From: Candidatus Oxydemutatoraceae bacterium | Lineage (GTDB): Bacteria > Pseudomonadota > Gammaproteobacteria > Poriferisulfidales > Oxydemutatoraceae | Length of the DNA stretch: 64,000 nucleotides | Reading direction: 5' to 3' | Assembly: GCA_965218975.1 (NCBI GenBank) | Contig: OZ244717.1 | Location: 864,001-928,000, forward strand | In this document: piece by piece, positions 31,802-41,477 of the stretch | How positions within the stretch are numbered: position 1 is the first letter of the stretch | Layout of the letters: each line of letters opens with the position of its first letter | The notes under the pieces: generated by a model | What the model was told of the DNA's origin: nothing | Database searches by the model: none | The model's input: the letters and a program-made list of their open reading frames with translations, nothing else | Translations under genes and position numbers: made by a program

Positions 31802-32254
31802 ATGGAATCTGTTTTGCCGAGCAAAAAGTATAAACGGCCCGAATCGGTTTTGGTAGTGGTTTATACACGCGACCGGCAGGTACTGTTGCTGCGCCGATAT
31901 CAGCCGACATATTTCTGGCAATCGCCTGCCGGTAGTTTGGAGTGGAACGAAACACCGATTTCGGCGGCGCGGCGCGAGCTATGCGAAGAGACATCGCTTG
32001 ATGCGGTATCGTTGAAAGATTGCGGCAGACATAGTTATATTATCTATCCGATGTGGCGACACCGCTACGCGCCGGGTGTTGTCGAAAATATCGAATATAT
32101 GTTTCAATTGGAATTGGATACCGCACAGGATATTATTTTGGATTCTCGCGAACATAAGGAGTACCGTTGGTTAAGTCGGCAAGCTGCGTTGGAACTGATT
32201 TATTCTTATACGAATCGGGTTGCGATTGAACGTTTGTATGCACCGGAGACTTGA
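31802..32254 (+). CDS. nudB: Dihydroneopterin triphosphate diphosphatase (Nudix)
   Basis: YKRPESVLVV, FWQS..GS, ARRELCEET, WRHRYAPGV; located between aspS and yebC. Confidence 0.92.
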   Translation: MESVLPSKKYKRPESVLVVVYTRDRQVLLLRRYQPTYFWQSPAGSLEWNETPISAARRELCEETSLDAVSLKDCGRHSYIIYPMWRHRYAPGVVENIEYMFQLELDTAQDIILDSREHKEYRWLSRQAALELIYSYTNRVAIERLYAPET

Positions 32255-32263
32255 GGGACGATC

Positions 32264-32998
32264 ATGGCCGGCCACAGCAAGTGGGCAAATATTCAGCATC
32301 GAAAAAAAACGCAAGATACCAAGCGTGGGAAATTGTTCACGCGATTGATTCGGGAAATTACCGTTGCGGCGCGTCTTGCGGGGTGCGATCCGGACAGTAA
32401 CCCGCGTTTGCGTTTGGCAATGGACAAAGCCCTATCCTCTAATATGAGTAAAGATACGATTGAACGTGCGATTAAGCGTGGTGCCGGCGACCCGGAAGGA
32501 CAAGTTTATGAAAACATTCGTTATGAAGGATATGGCGTCGGCGGTGTCGCAATTTTAGTAGAGTGTCTGACTGATAATCGCAATCGAACAGTCGCTGAAG
32601 TCCGGTTCGTATTTAACAAGCATGGAGGTAATTTGGGCGAAACGGGTTCGGTGGCATACTTGTTTAAGCAATATGGCGTATTGAATTTTACGCATATCAA
32701 CGAGGATGCTTTACTTGAGGTCGCGCTTGAAGCGGGCGCTTATGATGTTGTTTCGGCACAAGGAAATGCCGAAGTGTTGACTGCGCCGGAGGAGCTGCTT
32801 ATCGTTAAAGAGGCGGTTATACAAGCGAAATTTATTCCGCAGAGTTTTGGCGTTGAGATGCGTCCTGAAAGTTATTTGGAACCGAATGAGGATACTAGTA
32901 TCCGGTTAGTAAAACTATTGGATACGCTTGAAGAGCTTGACGATGTACAGAGTGTGTATTGCAACGCCGACCTGCGGGATGTTGCACTTGCCGAATGA
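32264..32998 (+). CDS. yebC: YebC/PmpR family protein
   Basis: MAGHSKWANIQHRK, YEGYG, TDNRNRT, LDDVQSVY. Confidence 0.96.
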   Translation: MAGHSKWANIQHRKKTQDTKRGKLFTRLIREITVAARLAGCDPDSNPRLRLAMDKALSSNMSKDTIERAIKRGAGDPEGQVYENIRYEGYGVGGVAILVECLTDNRNRTVAEVRFVFNKHGGNLGETGSVAYLFKQYGVLNFTHINEDALLEVALEAGAYDVVSAQGNAEVLTAPEELLIVKEAVIQAKFIPQSFGVEMRPESYLEPNEDTSIRLVKLLDTLEELDDVQSVYCNADLRDVALAE

Positions 32999-33501
32999 AA
33001 ATGTCTTTGTTACGAGTGTTAGGTATTGACCCCGGGCTTGTGAGTACCGGTTATGCGGTGATTGAAGGTAATGGGCATGTCAGTCGCTTATGCGGCGCCG
33101 GAGCGCTGAGACTGTATGGTGAGATCGGCGAACGGTTAAAAATGATTTTTGAAGCCATTAGCGAAGTGATTGAAGAATATCAGCCACAGGAAATGGCGGT
33201 TGAAACGGTGTTCGTGCATAAGTCGGCATCCTCTGCATTAAAGCTCGGACATGCTCGCGGTGTGGTGATTTGTGCCGGAGTTCTCGCCGGACTGCCTACG
33301 CACGAATATAACACACGTTATATCAAGAAAGCGATTACCGGCAAGGGCAATGCTAATAAAGAGCAGATACGATTTATGACTGCCCGTTTGCTGCAAGTCG
33401 CCGCGACTGAAAGCGACGATGCCGCCGACGCGATGGCAATCGCCTTGTGCCATACTTTTGCTCAGTCGCGCAGTTTTAATTTGATGGAAGAATTGAAATG
33501 A
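32995..33501 (+). CDS. ruvC: Holliday junction resolvase
   Basis: LGIDPG, LKLGHARG, DAADAMAIALCH. Confidence 0.95.
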   Translation: MKMSLLRVLGIDPGLVSTGYAVIEGNGHVSRLCGAGALRLYGEIGERLKMIFEAISEVIEEYQPQEMAVETVFVHKSASSALKLGHARGVVICAGVLAGLPTHEYNTRYIKKAITGKGNANKEQIRFMTARLLQVAATESDDAADAMAIALCHTFAQSRSFNLMEELK

Positions 33502-34106
33502 TTGCCCGTATAAGCGGCGAACTGATTATTAAGCAACCGCCTTTTTTATTGGTAGATGTTCATGGAGTCGGATATGAAATGCAGGCGCCGATGTCTACTT
33601 TTTATCAATTGCCCGATATCGGTCAGGCTGTTACATTGCTAACGTATTTTGTCGTTCGCGAAGATGCGCATATTCTCTATGCGTTTTTATCCGAACATGA
33701 GCGGAGTTTATTCCGCGAGATACTGAAAATCAGCGGTATCGGCGCCAAAATCGCGCTGACGCTTTTATCGGGAATGGATGTCGGGGTTTTTAAAGAATGC
33801 ATCATCGCGCAAGACATTGAAGCATTGGTGCGTTTACCGGGCATCGGGCGTAAGACAGCCGAACGGTTGATTGTTGAAATGAAAAACCGTCTGGCAGGTG
33901 ATTTTTGGCAAAAGCTATCGCCGGGGTTAAGTGGCGAACCTCGGGACCACGGTCGTGAAGCGGTTCAAGCATTGGTTTCTTTGGGATATAAGGCTTCCGA
34001 AGCAAAGCGTTTGGTGCGACAGGCAATTGATAACGGCGGCGGGCAAGATGACGTTGAAGTCACTATTCGCAGCGCTTTGAAGCTCAGTTTGGGGCAAGTG
34101 CGTTAG
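33498..34106 (+). CDS. ruvA: Holliday junction branch-migration protein RuvA
   Basis: DVHGVGYE, VREDA, ISGIGAK, LPGIGRKTAERL. Confidence 0.96.
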   Translation: MIARISGELIIKQPPFLLVDVHGVGYEMQAPMSTFYQLPDIGQAVTLLTYFVVREDAHILYAFLSEHERSLFREILKISGIGAKIALTLLSGMDVGVFKECIIAQDIEALVRLPGIGRKTAERLIVEMKNRLAGDFWQKLSPGLSGEPRDHGREAVQALVSLGYKASEAKRLVRQAIDNGGGQDDVEVTIRSALKLSLGQVR

Positions 34107-34147
34107 AATAATAGCGCGGAGCAATTAATTCGGTCGTAAATTCGGAT

Positions 34148-35185
34148 ATGAATCCTATGCTTGATTCGAACAAAAAAGAAGATGAAGCGCACTTTGACGT
34201 GCGCATTCGCCCTAAACGGCTATCCGAATATATCGGGCAACAAGTGGTGCGCGAACAGGTGGAAATTTTCATTCGCGCGGCTTGTCAACGCAAAGAAGCT
34301 TTGGATCATGTGCTAATTTTCGGACCTCCGGGCTTGGGTAAGACGACGCTCGCACATATTATTGCGAACGAAATGAATGCTAATCTGCGTCAAACGGCGG
34401 GACCGGTGCTTGAGAAAGCCGGTGATCTTGCGGCGATGCTAACCAACCTTGAACCGAATGACGTGCTGTTCGTTGATGAGATTCATCGTTTAAATCCGGT
34501 AATAGAAGAGATCTTATATCCGGCGCTAGAAGATTTTCAGTTGGATATAATGATCGGCGAAGGGCCTGCAGCACGTTCGATCAAGCTTGACTTGCCGCCT
34601 TTTACTCTTATCGGCGCGACTACTCGTGCCGGTCTGCTGACATCGCCGTTACGCGACCGTTTCGGTATTGTGCAGCGGTTGGGCTTTTATTCAGTAGAAG
34701 AAATTACCCAAATTGTGGTCCGCAGCGCTAGTATTTTGCAAGTGGTAATCGATGAGTGCGGCGCGGGTGAGATTGCGCGGCGTTCACGCGGCACACCGCG
34801 GATCGCCAATCGCCTGTTGCGTAGAGTGCGCGATTATGCGCAAGTGAAAGCACACGGTGCGATTGATCAAAGCATCGCACAGGATGCGCTTGGAATGTTA
34901 CAGGTCGATGTGAATGGCTTTGACGAAATGGACCGCCGATTGTTACTTGCGATTATTGAGAAATTTGCCGGCGGACCGGTGGGGGTTGATAGTCTTGCCG
35001 CCGTTATCGGCGAAGAACGCGGCACGATAGAAGACGTGATCGAACCATTTTTAATCCAAAGCGGTTTTTTGGTGCGTACCGCACGCGGGCGGTTTGCTTC
35101 TCCGTCGGCATGGCGTCATTTTGGACTTGAACCGCCGCCCGCGTCGCCTGCTGCGGAAATCAATCAAAACACGTTGTTTTCGTAG
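34148..35185 (+). CDS. ruvB: Holliday junction helicase RuvB
   Basis: [35 protein letters not shown]. Confidence 0.97.
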   Translation: MNPMLDSNKKEDEAHFDVRIRPKRLSEYIGQQVVREQVEIFIRAACQRKEALDHVLIFGPPGLGKTTLAHIIANEMNANLRQTAGPVLEKAGDLAAMLTNLEPNDVLFVDEIHRLNPVIEEILYPALEDFQLDIMIGEGPAARSIKLDLPPFTLIGATTRAGLLTSPLRDRFGIVQRLGFYSVEEITQIVVRSASILQVVIDECGAGEIARRSRGTPRIANRLLRRVRDYAQVKAHGAIDQSIAQDALGMLQVDVNGFDEMDRRLLLAIIEKFAGGPVGVDSLAAVIGEERGTIEDVIEPFLIQSGFLVRTARGRFASPSAWRHFGLEPPPASPAAEINQNTLFS

Positions 35186-35195
35186 CTTGCGATTG

Positions 35196-35597
35196 ATGTT
35201 CGATTGGGAGATTTGAGTTTATTATGAAGATACTGATGCAAGTGGTATCGTGTATTATGCTAACTACCTTAAGTTTATGGAGCGTGCCGGAACCGGGTGG
35301 CTAAGAAATTTAGGCTATGACCCAAGATCGTTTATGTGGGAGAATAATTTGATATTCGTAGTAAAGTCAGTGCGGATTGATTATCTGAAATCAGCGTATT
35401 TTAACGGCACTTTGGAGGTACATACGCAAGTAACCGATACGGGAAAAGTGCATTCGGGTATGATGCAGGAAGTTACCCGCAAGCTTGATCTTCTAACAAC
35501 AGCAACGATGACGATTGTGTGCCCAAACCGTCATTCGTTCAAACCTTCGGCGTTGCCATCGGATTTATTGGGGGGACTGAGTCATGCAGCAAGCTGA
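35196..35597 (+). pseudogene. ybgC: Tol-Pal-associated acyl-CoA thioesterase with a nonsense codon at codon 7
   Basis: ATG 35196: [29 protein letters not shown]; TGA 35214-35216 falls where the family has RVYYEDTD. Confidence 0.85.
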
Positions 35598-36267
35598 TAT
35601 GGATTTTTTTTACCTGTTGGCGAATGCCACACTGGTCGTGCAGTTAGTTATGTTATTGCTGTTGCTGATGTCAGTGGTTAGCTGGGCATACATTTTCAGC
35701 AAGTGGCGTGAATTAGCCAAAGCGAAGATATACGCGGATAGCTTCGAGAAACGCTTTTGGTCGGGTGCCGAGTTAAATCAACTGTACAATGAGTTAAGTG
35801 ATCATGAACGAGGTTTTGGGATCACGGCTATTTTTAACGCCGGATTCGCTGAATATATTCGTTTGCACCGGCAAAGAAAAGTGCTTGCCGAGAAGATTTT
35901 TGAGACGACAGTGCGTGCGATGAAAGTCGCTTGTTCGCGCGAGCGTGAAGCGCATGAGAGCCATTTGACTTTTCTTGCAACGGCAGGTTCAACCGCGCCG
36001 TATATCGGTTTGTTCGGTACGGTGTGGGGCATTATGAATGCTTTTTTGGCATTGCGTAATGTACAACAGGCGACTCTGTCGCTAGTAGCGCCGGGCATTG
36101 CCGAAGCATTGGTTGCAACAGCAATGGGTTTATTGGTGGCAATACCCGCTGTCATTGCTTACAATCGTTTTGCCGATCGAGTTGAGCGTATATCCGCACG
36201 TTATAATAACTTTATTGAAGAACTAACGACTATTTTGAATAAACAAACATTTGGTCAGGACGGCTAG
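35584..36267 (+). CDS. tolQ: TolQ
   Basis: FEKRFWSG, PYIGLFGTVWGIM, VAPGIAEAL. Confidence 0.96.
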   Translation: MQQADMDFFYLLANATLVVQLVMLLLLLMSVVSWAYIFSKWRELAKAKIYADSFEKRFWSGAELNQLYNELSDHERGFGITAIFNAGFAEYIRLHRQRKVLAEKIFETTVRAMKVACSREREAHESHLTFLATAGSTAPYIGLFGTVWGIMNAFLALRNVQQATLSLVAPGIAEALVATAMGLLVAIPAVIAYNRFADRVERISARYNNFIEELTTILNKQTFGQDG

Positions 36268-36280
36268 CATATAAATATCG

Positions 36281-36694
36281 ATGCGCAAATTAATGGCGGA
36301 AATTAATGTGGTTCCTTACATTGACGTTATGTTGGTGCTGCTGATTATTTTCATGGTCACTGTACCGTTGATTCAGCAAGGAGTGGAAGTTGACTTGCCT
36401 AAGGCAACGGCAAAGACGATAGATTCGAGTGAGATACCTGATCCCTTGATTGTGACAGTGGATAGTCAGGGGCGCACTTTTTTAAACAAGGGACCGGCGG
36501 CAAACCAGCCGTTGGTGACCGGTAGCCTAATCAAGCAAGTTCGTCAGTTGCTATCCGGAACTCAAGGGGAAGTTTATGTTCGAGGTGATCGCACCGCCGA
36601 ATATGGTGATGTGATCGGTGTGATGGTCATTTTACAAAATGCCGGTGCCGATAGCATCGGTTTGATCACGCAACCGCTTGAGGATATTCAATAA
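36281..36694 (+). CDS. tolR: TolR
   Basis: EINVVPYIDVMLVLLIIFM. Confidence 0.96.
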   Translation: MRKLMAEINVVPYIDVMLVLLIIFMVTVPLIQQGVEVDLPKATAKTIDSSEIPDPLIVTVDSQGRTFLNKGPAANQPLVTGSLIKQVRQLLSGTQGEVYVRGDRTAEYGDVIGVMVILQNAGADSIGLITQPLEDIQ

Positions 36695-36716
36695 ATAATG
36701 AATTGCGTTTAGTGAG

Positions 36717-37658
36717 ATGCTTGATAAACGAGGCCGACTCTTATCATCAATCTTAGCTTCGGCGAGTGCTCACTTTCTTGTTATCGCATTCTTCGTTTCT
36801 GATGTAGTTTCTTGTACTACCAACCCTTATACGCCTGTTGGTTATGATCCGCCGGAATCGGAAATAGTTGCGGCAAAAGCGATTCCGCAAGCGGAGATTG
36901 ACGACATTTACAAACGTAAAGCTGAGCAAGAGCGACAGCGGCGCGAGGCTGAAGCACAAAGACAGCGTGAAGCCAAAGCGGCGGAAGAACGCAAACGGCG
37001 TCAATTGGAATTGGAAAAGCAACGGCACGAAGAACAGGAACGCGCTAAAAAAGCCAAGCATGAGGAGCTTCTGAGAGCAAAGCGTGAGGTAAAGATTCAG
37101 GCACAAAAAAAACAAGAAGAACTTCATCGTCAGCAAGCGCTTGAGTTTGAGCGGCAGCGTAAAGCGGAATCCGAAGAACGTCGCCGACGCGAAGAGCAAG
37201 CACAACGCGAACGCGAAGAGCAAGCACAACGCGAACGCGAAGAGCAAGCACAACGCGAACGCGAAGAGCAAGCACAACGCGAACGCGAAGAGCAAGCGCA
37301 ACGCGAAGAGCAAGTGCAACGCGAACGCGAAGAAGAGGCACGTAAGCGTGAGGCGGATGCTTTACATCAGCGTAGGATGATCGCTTGGCAGAGGCGATAT
37401 GTCAGCGATATTCGCCGCAGCATTGAGAAGAGATGGAGGAAACCGCGCACTAGTGTTCAAGGTGGTGATTGCGTTGTCAAAATAAGACAGGATGAAAGTG
37501 GTAAACTACTGGAGGTGAACGTTATTAGTTGTAGTGGCGATTTGCTTTATCGGCGCTCGGTTGAAGATGCTGTTTGGAAATCCGAACCGTTGCCGTTGCC
37601 GCCGTCCCCCGATGTATTTGAAAATGAAATTGAGATTACTTTTAGGCAACAATATTAA
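36717..37658 (+). CDS. tolA: TolA
   Basis: N-terminal transmembrane segment with SxxxH, long E/R/Q helix, C-terminal RSVEDAVWK..PLP.P. Confidence 0.9.
   Translation: MLDKRGRLLSSILASASAHFLVIAFFVSDVVSCTTNPYTPVGYDPPESEIVAAKAIPQAEIDDIYKRKAEQERQRREAEAQRQREAKAAEERKRRQLELEKQRHEEQERAKKAKHEELLRAKREVKIQAQKKQEELHRQQALEFERQRKAESEERRRREEQAQREREEQAQREREEQAQREREEQAQREREEQAQREEQVQREREEEARKREADALHQRRMIAWQRRYVSDIRRSIEKRWRKPRTSVQGGDCVVKIRQDESGKLLEVNVISCSGDLLYRRSVEDAVWKSEPLPLPPSPDVFENEIEITFRQQY
37191..37328 (+). repeat. 24-bp coding VNTR in tolA (EEQAQRER x4 exact plus 2 variants)
   Basis: GAAGAGCAAGCACAACGCGAACGC at 37191, 37215, 37239 and 37263. Confidence 0.95.
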
Positions 37659-38958
37659 ACTGCGTTATCGGCAAAATTGGCATCGCCGTTTCATATTGCC
37701 GGCGTTAATACTTTGTATATTGCATTCCTCCCTACAGGCGCAACTCAAAATTGAGGTGACCGAAGGCGTTGAAGACGGTGTGCCGATTAGTATTTTGCCA
37801 TTTCAAGTTGACACGCAAATTACTGATGGACGACGTGAATTTAATCAGATTATTGCCGCCGATTTAGCTTATAGCGGATTGTTTTCCGTAATACCGGATA
37901 ATTCGCAAATGTTGTCGATAGGGCAGATACCCGATTATAGTCAATGGCTAAACCGCGGCGTCGAAAAAATTGTTTTTGGCGCTATTGCGCGCAGAAAGGG
38001 TCTGCTTGAAGTGCGATTCGAATTGCACGATACGGTGCAACGCAGACGTTTGCTAGGGCAAGTAATCAATACCGCCGCATACGACAAGTCTGCCCACTAT
38101 ATCAGTGATGAAATCTATCGGGAACTGACCGGCGCCCCAAGTATATTTCAAACTCGCATTGCATTTGTCACTGCGCAGCGATTTGGCTGGCGGCGGCATC
38201 GATTTATTTTGTACGTTAGCGATGCCGATGGATACAACGCGACGCCGATTTTTATTTCCGACGCGCAGCTTATGTCACCGGCATGGTCGCCGGACCTGAA
38301 GAAGATTGCCTATGTATCGTATGAATCCGGGGACCCCGAAGTTGTTATTCAAACGCTTGCCAGCGCGGCGCGAGAAAACAGCGCCAAGCGCATTGGTTCT
38401 GCCGTAACTCCCGATTGGTCGTTTGACGGCACTCACTTGGTTTATGTTAGTTCCGCACACGGCGATCCGAATATTTACACTGTAAGGCTAAGCGATTGGT
38501 TGGTAACGCGCATTACTAGCCATCCGTCCATTGATACCGAACCGACATGGACACCGGAAGGCGCGATTATTTTCACCTCCGACCGTAGCGGTCAACCGCA
38601 ACTTTATCAGGTGCGCCCCGGCGATAAAACTTTGCAACGGCTCACTTACGACAATCATTATAATTCGGATGCCGATGTCTCCCCTGACGGTAAAAGCATG
38701 GTGTTTCTGAGTCGTCGCCGCGGCAATTATGTGTTAGTGATTCGGAATCTCACGACGGGCAAAGAAGTAGAGCTTGAGGAAAGTCTTGATATCGAGCGTC
38801 CTCGTTTTGCTGCCAACGGGCAGTTGATAGGTTATTTGACGGCAGATGGTACGTTAGGTATATTAACGATTGACGGTGCGTTCGGCAAACCGATACCGAT
38901 CACGGTTGCGGCGCAATTGCGTGGAATCGCATGGTCGCCGTTACCCGGAGCAAATTAG
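37624..38958 (+). CDS. tolB: TolB (start uncertain)
   Basis: LKIEVTEG, IFQTRIAFV, SPAWSPD, FTSDRSGQPQLY propeller repeats. Confidence 0.93.
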   Translation: MKLRLLLGNNIKLRYRQNWHRRFILPALILCILHSSLQAQLKIEVTEGVEDGVPISILPFQVDTQITDGRREFNQIIAADLAYSGLFSVIPDNSQMLSIGQIPDYSQWLNRGVEKIVFGAIARRKGLLEVRFELHDTVQRRRLLGQVINTAAYDKSAHYISDEIYRELTGAPSIFQTRIAFVTAQRFGWRRHRFILYVSDADGYNATPIFISDAQLMSPAWSPDLKKIAYVSYESGDPEVVIQTLASAARENSAKRIGSAVTPDWSFDGTHLVYVSSAHGDPNIYTVRLSDWLVTRITSHPSIDTEPTWTPEGAIIFTSDRSGQPQLYQVRPGDKTLQRLTYDNHYNSDADVSPDGKSMVFLSRRRGNYVLVIRNLTTGKEVELEESLDIERPRFAANGQLIGYLTADGTLGILTIDGAFGKPIPITVAAQLRGIAWSPLPGAN

Positions 38959-39926
38959 TGCGTTGCAGTCGATTCATTTATGGCGCCGGGTGCGTACTAG
39001 CATTAATTGCACTAACGACAAATGCGCAGCAACCGAATAAGCTTCTGGTCAAGACACTGACAGAAAACAGGGTTTTACGTGCCGAATTGCAAGAAATAAA
39101 AGCGCAAAATGAAGCGCTGAAAAGACAGCTTCACGATTTACGCACGCGGGATACGGCATCGTCGCGGCAACTACAGGAGTTGCGCGAGACTGTGGAACGA
39201 TTGAAGGCCGAGAATGAATCTGCCCGCAAGCAAAATGCGGAACTTCGCGAGCAAACGATGAGCTCGCAGGAGCTACAGGACCCGAGCAAACAAAACATTG
39301 ACTTGCAAGAGCGTATTCAATCTTTGAGCAAAGCGAATGACGCGTTGCTCGGGCAAGTTAAAACTTTGCAAGAAGCGAATTCCGAACTGTCCGCAGAGTT
39401 AAAAAAATTACGCGAACAAAACGTTCCTTTGAGCGAACCGAAGAAGCTTAAACCGCCCGAATCCTACGCACCCTCCGATAAAAAGCCAGATAAGAAGCCC
39501 GCTGCGGTAAAACCTAAAATACAACAGTTCCAAAGCGATGCGTCACTAAAAGAAACCGATGCGTATAACCGCGCGATGCAGTATTTGGGCAAAAATCCTA
39601 GCGCAGTGCGTAATGCGCTGGGTGAGTTTTTAGCAAAATACGGCAGCGGGCGTTATAGCGGCGAGGTAAATTTTTGGTTGGCAGAGTCATACTATGAAAC
39701 AGCGGAATATAAGGAGGCGGAACGGCATTATGAACGAGTTGTAAAAGACTTTCCCCAAAGCGATAAAATCAACGATGCCCGTCTTAAGTTGGCTTATATC
39801 TACTATGAAACCCGACAGTGGGGCCAGGCGCGTCAATCTTTGAGCCCGTTGTTGAAGTCGGAGGATAAACGTATCAGCCGCCTTGCCGAGAAAAGATTAC
39901 AACGGATGGAACGAGAAGGGCATTAA
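38958..39926 (+). CDS. cpoB: CpoB/YbgF-like protein with a long coiled coil and C-terminal TPRs
   Basis: FWLAESYY, DARLKLA TPR motifs; GTG start overlaps the tolB stop; located before queE. Confidence 0.8.
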   Translation: MRCSRFIYGAGCVLALIALTTNAQQPNKLLVKTLTENRVLRAELQEIKAQNEALKRQLHDLRTRDTASSRQLQELRETVERLKAENESARKQNAELREQTMSSQELQDPSKQNIDLQERIQSLSKANDALLGQVKTLQEANSELSAELKKLREQNVPLSEPKKLKPPESYAPSDKKPDKKPAAVKPKIQQFQSDASLKETDAYNRAMQYLGKNPSAVRNALGEFLAKYGSGRYSGEVNFWLAESYYETAEYKEAERHYERVVKDFPQSDKINDARLKLAYIYYETRQWGQARQSLSPLLKSEDKRISRLAEKRLQRMEREGH

Positions 39927-40597
39927 TGTCATTTGCCGATTCACGTCTTAAAATCACAGAAATTTTTTATTCAATACAAGGTGAAAGTGCAAGCATCGGT
40001 ATTCCGACGGTGTTCATTCGTCTAACCGGTTGCCCGCTGCGCTGTACCTGGTGCGATACCGAGTATGCGTTCACCGGTGGCGAATGGATGGCAGTACAAG
40101 CAATTTTGCATCAAGTTGCCGCATACCGCGCACAGCATGTTACAGTCACCGGCGGTGAACCGCTGGCGCAAAAGCACTGCCACGCTTTGCTTGTGGCCTT
40201 ATGTAATGAAGGTTATGTCGTTTCGCTTGAAACCAGTGGTGCGTTGGACATCGCGACGCTTGATAAGCGAGTGATTTGCGTTATGGACATTAAACCCCCC
40301 TCGTCGGGCGAAAGCGGCAAAAATCGTTATTCCAATATTGATCACCTTACCATGAAAGATCAGATTAAGTTTGTGATCGGAAATCGTGAAGATTATGAAT
40401 GGGCGCGCCAAGAGATATGTGACCGCGCTTTAGCCGAACATTGTCAGGTGCTTTTTTCTCCGGTAATACAACCTTCTTTCGCCATACCCAACCTGCTTGC
40501 AACGCAATTGGCAGAATGGGTATTGCAGGATCAACTACCTGTGCGGTTTCAAATACAGTTGCATAAGCTGCTTTGGGGTCATGCGCCCGGACGCTGA
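39926..40597 (+). CDS. queE: 7-carboxy-7-deazaguanine synthase (radical SAM)
   Basis: EIFYSIQGE, RLTGCPLRCTWCDT, VTGGEPL, QLHK. Confidence 0.95.
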   Translation: MSFADSRLKITEIFYSIQGESASIGIPTVFIRLTGCPLRCTWCDTEYAFTGGEWMAVQAILHQVAAYRAQHVTVTGGEPLAQKHCHALLVALCNEGYVVSLETSGALDIATLDKRVICVMDIKPPSSGESGKNRYSNIDHLTMKDQIKFVIGNREDYEWARQEICDRALAEHCQVLFSPVIQPSFAIPNLLATQLAEWVLQDQLPVRFQIQLHKLLWGHAPGR

Positions 40598-40607
40598 ACG
40601 ACACGCC

Positions 40608-41324
40608 ATGTCCCGGCGGCAATTATCCGCAGCCGCAGCCGACAAAGCGGTCGTTTTGTTATCCGGCGGTATAGATTCCGCGACCGTGCTTGCGCATTCC
40701 ATTGCGCAAGGGCTATCAACATACGCATTGTCGTTTGATTATGGTCAGCGCCACAGCATTGAGCTTCAGGCAGCAAAGAACATTGCCGCGCGGATGCAAG
40801 CGGTGCGGCACCGAGTCATAAATCTGGACTTGGCGGCAATTACCGATTCGGCACTGACTGACACGGCGCAAACTATTCCGTCTGCGAGAACTTGTAATGA
40901 AATTCCCGCAACATACGTTCCCGGGCGGAACATAGTTTTTTTGTCGCTTGCAACCGCTTGGGCGAGTACGCTCGGCGCCAAGCATATTATGATTGGCGCC
41001 AATCAAGTTGACTATTCCGGGTATCCCGATTGTCGGGAGGATTTTCTCAACGCATTTCAGACCATGATCAATTACGGCACACGTCACGAGGCTCATGCCG
41101 CTATCGGCGCTGTCGATGGGATTCATGTTCAAGCGCCGTTACTGAATATGACGAAAGCGGAAATTATTCGCTACGGTATTCGCCTAGCGGTTGATTATGC
41201 GATGACTGTTTCTTGTTACCGCGCTGACCGCAATGCTCGCGCCTGCGGTGATTGCGACGCTTGTTATTTCCGTAAGCAAGGTTTTATTGCCGCCAACGTT
41301 CCGGACCCGACTCGTTATATCTGA
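40608..41324 (+). CDS. queC: 7-cyano-7-deazaguanine synthase
   Basis: LLSGGIDS, YGQRH, TYVPGRN, DYSGYPDCR, CGDCDAC. Confidence 0.96.
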   Translation: MSRRQLSAAAADKAVVLLSGGIDSATVLAHSIAQGLSTYALSFDYGQRHSIELQAAKNIAARMQAVRHRVINLDLAAITDSALTDTAQTIPSARTCNEIPATYVPGRNIVFLSLATAWASTLGAKHIMIGANQVDYSGYPDCREDFLNAFQTMINYGTRHEAHAAIGAVDGIHVQAPLLNMTKAEIIRYGIRLAVDYAMTVSCYRADRNARACGDCDACYFRKQGFIAANVPDPTRYI

Positions 41325-41477
41325 CCGAGTTTAGAGCTTGTTTTACAATCGTTCGGCTGCCGGTTTAATGACAGGAGCCGTGCCGAAGTTTGTTTCTACA
41401 TTGCCAAAAGTATAATAATGCAACGGGTCCGTACAGTCGGCTCACCGAATGAATAAGTACTGTTATAATCCTCTTCT

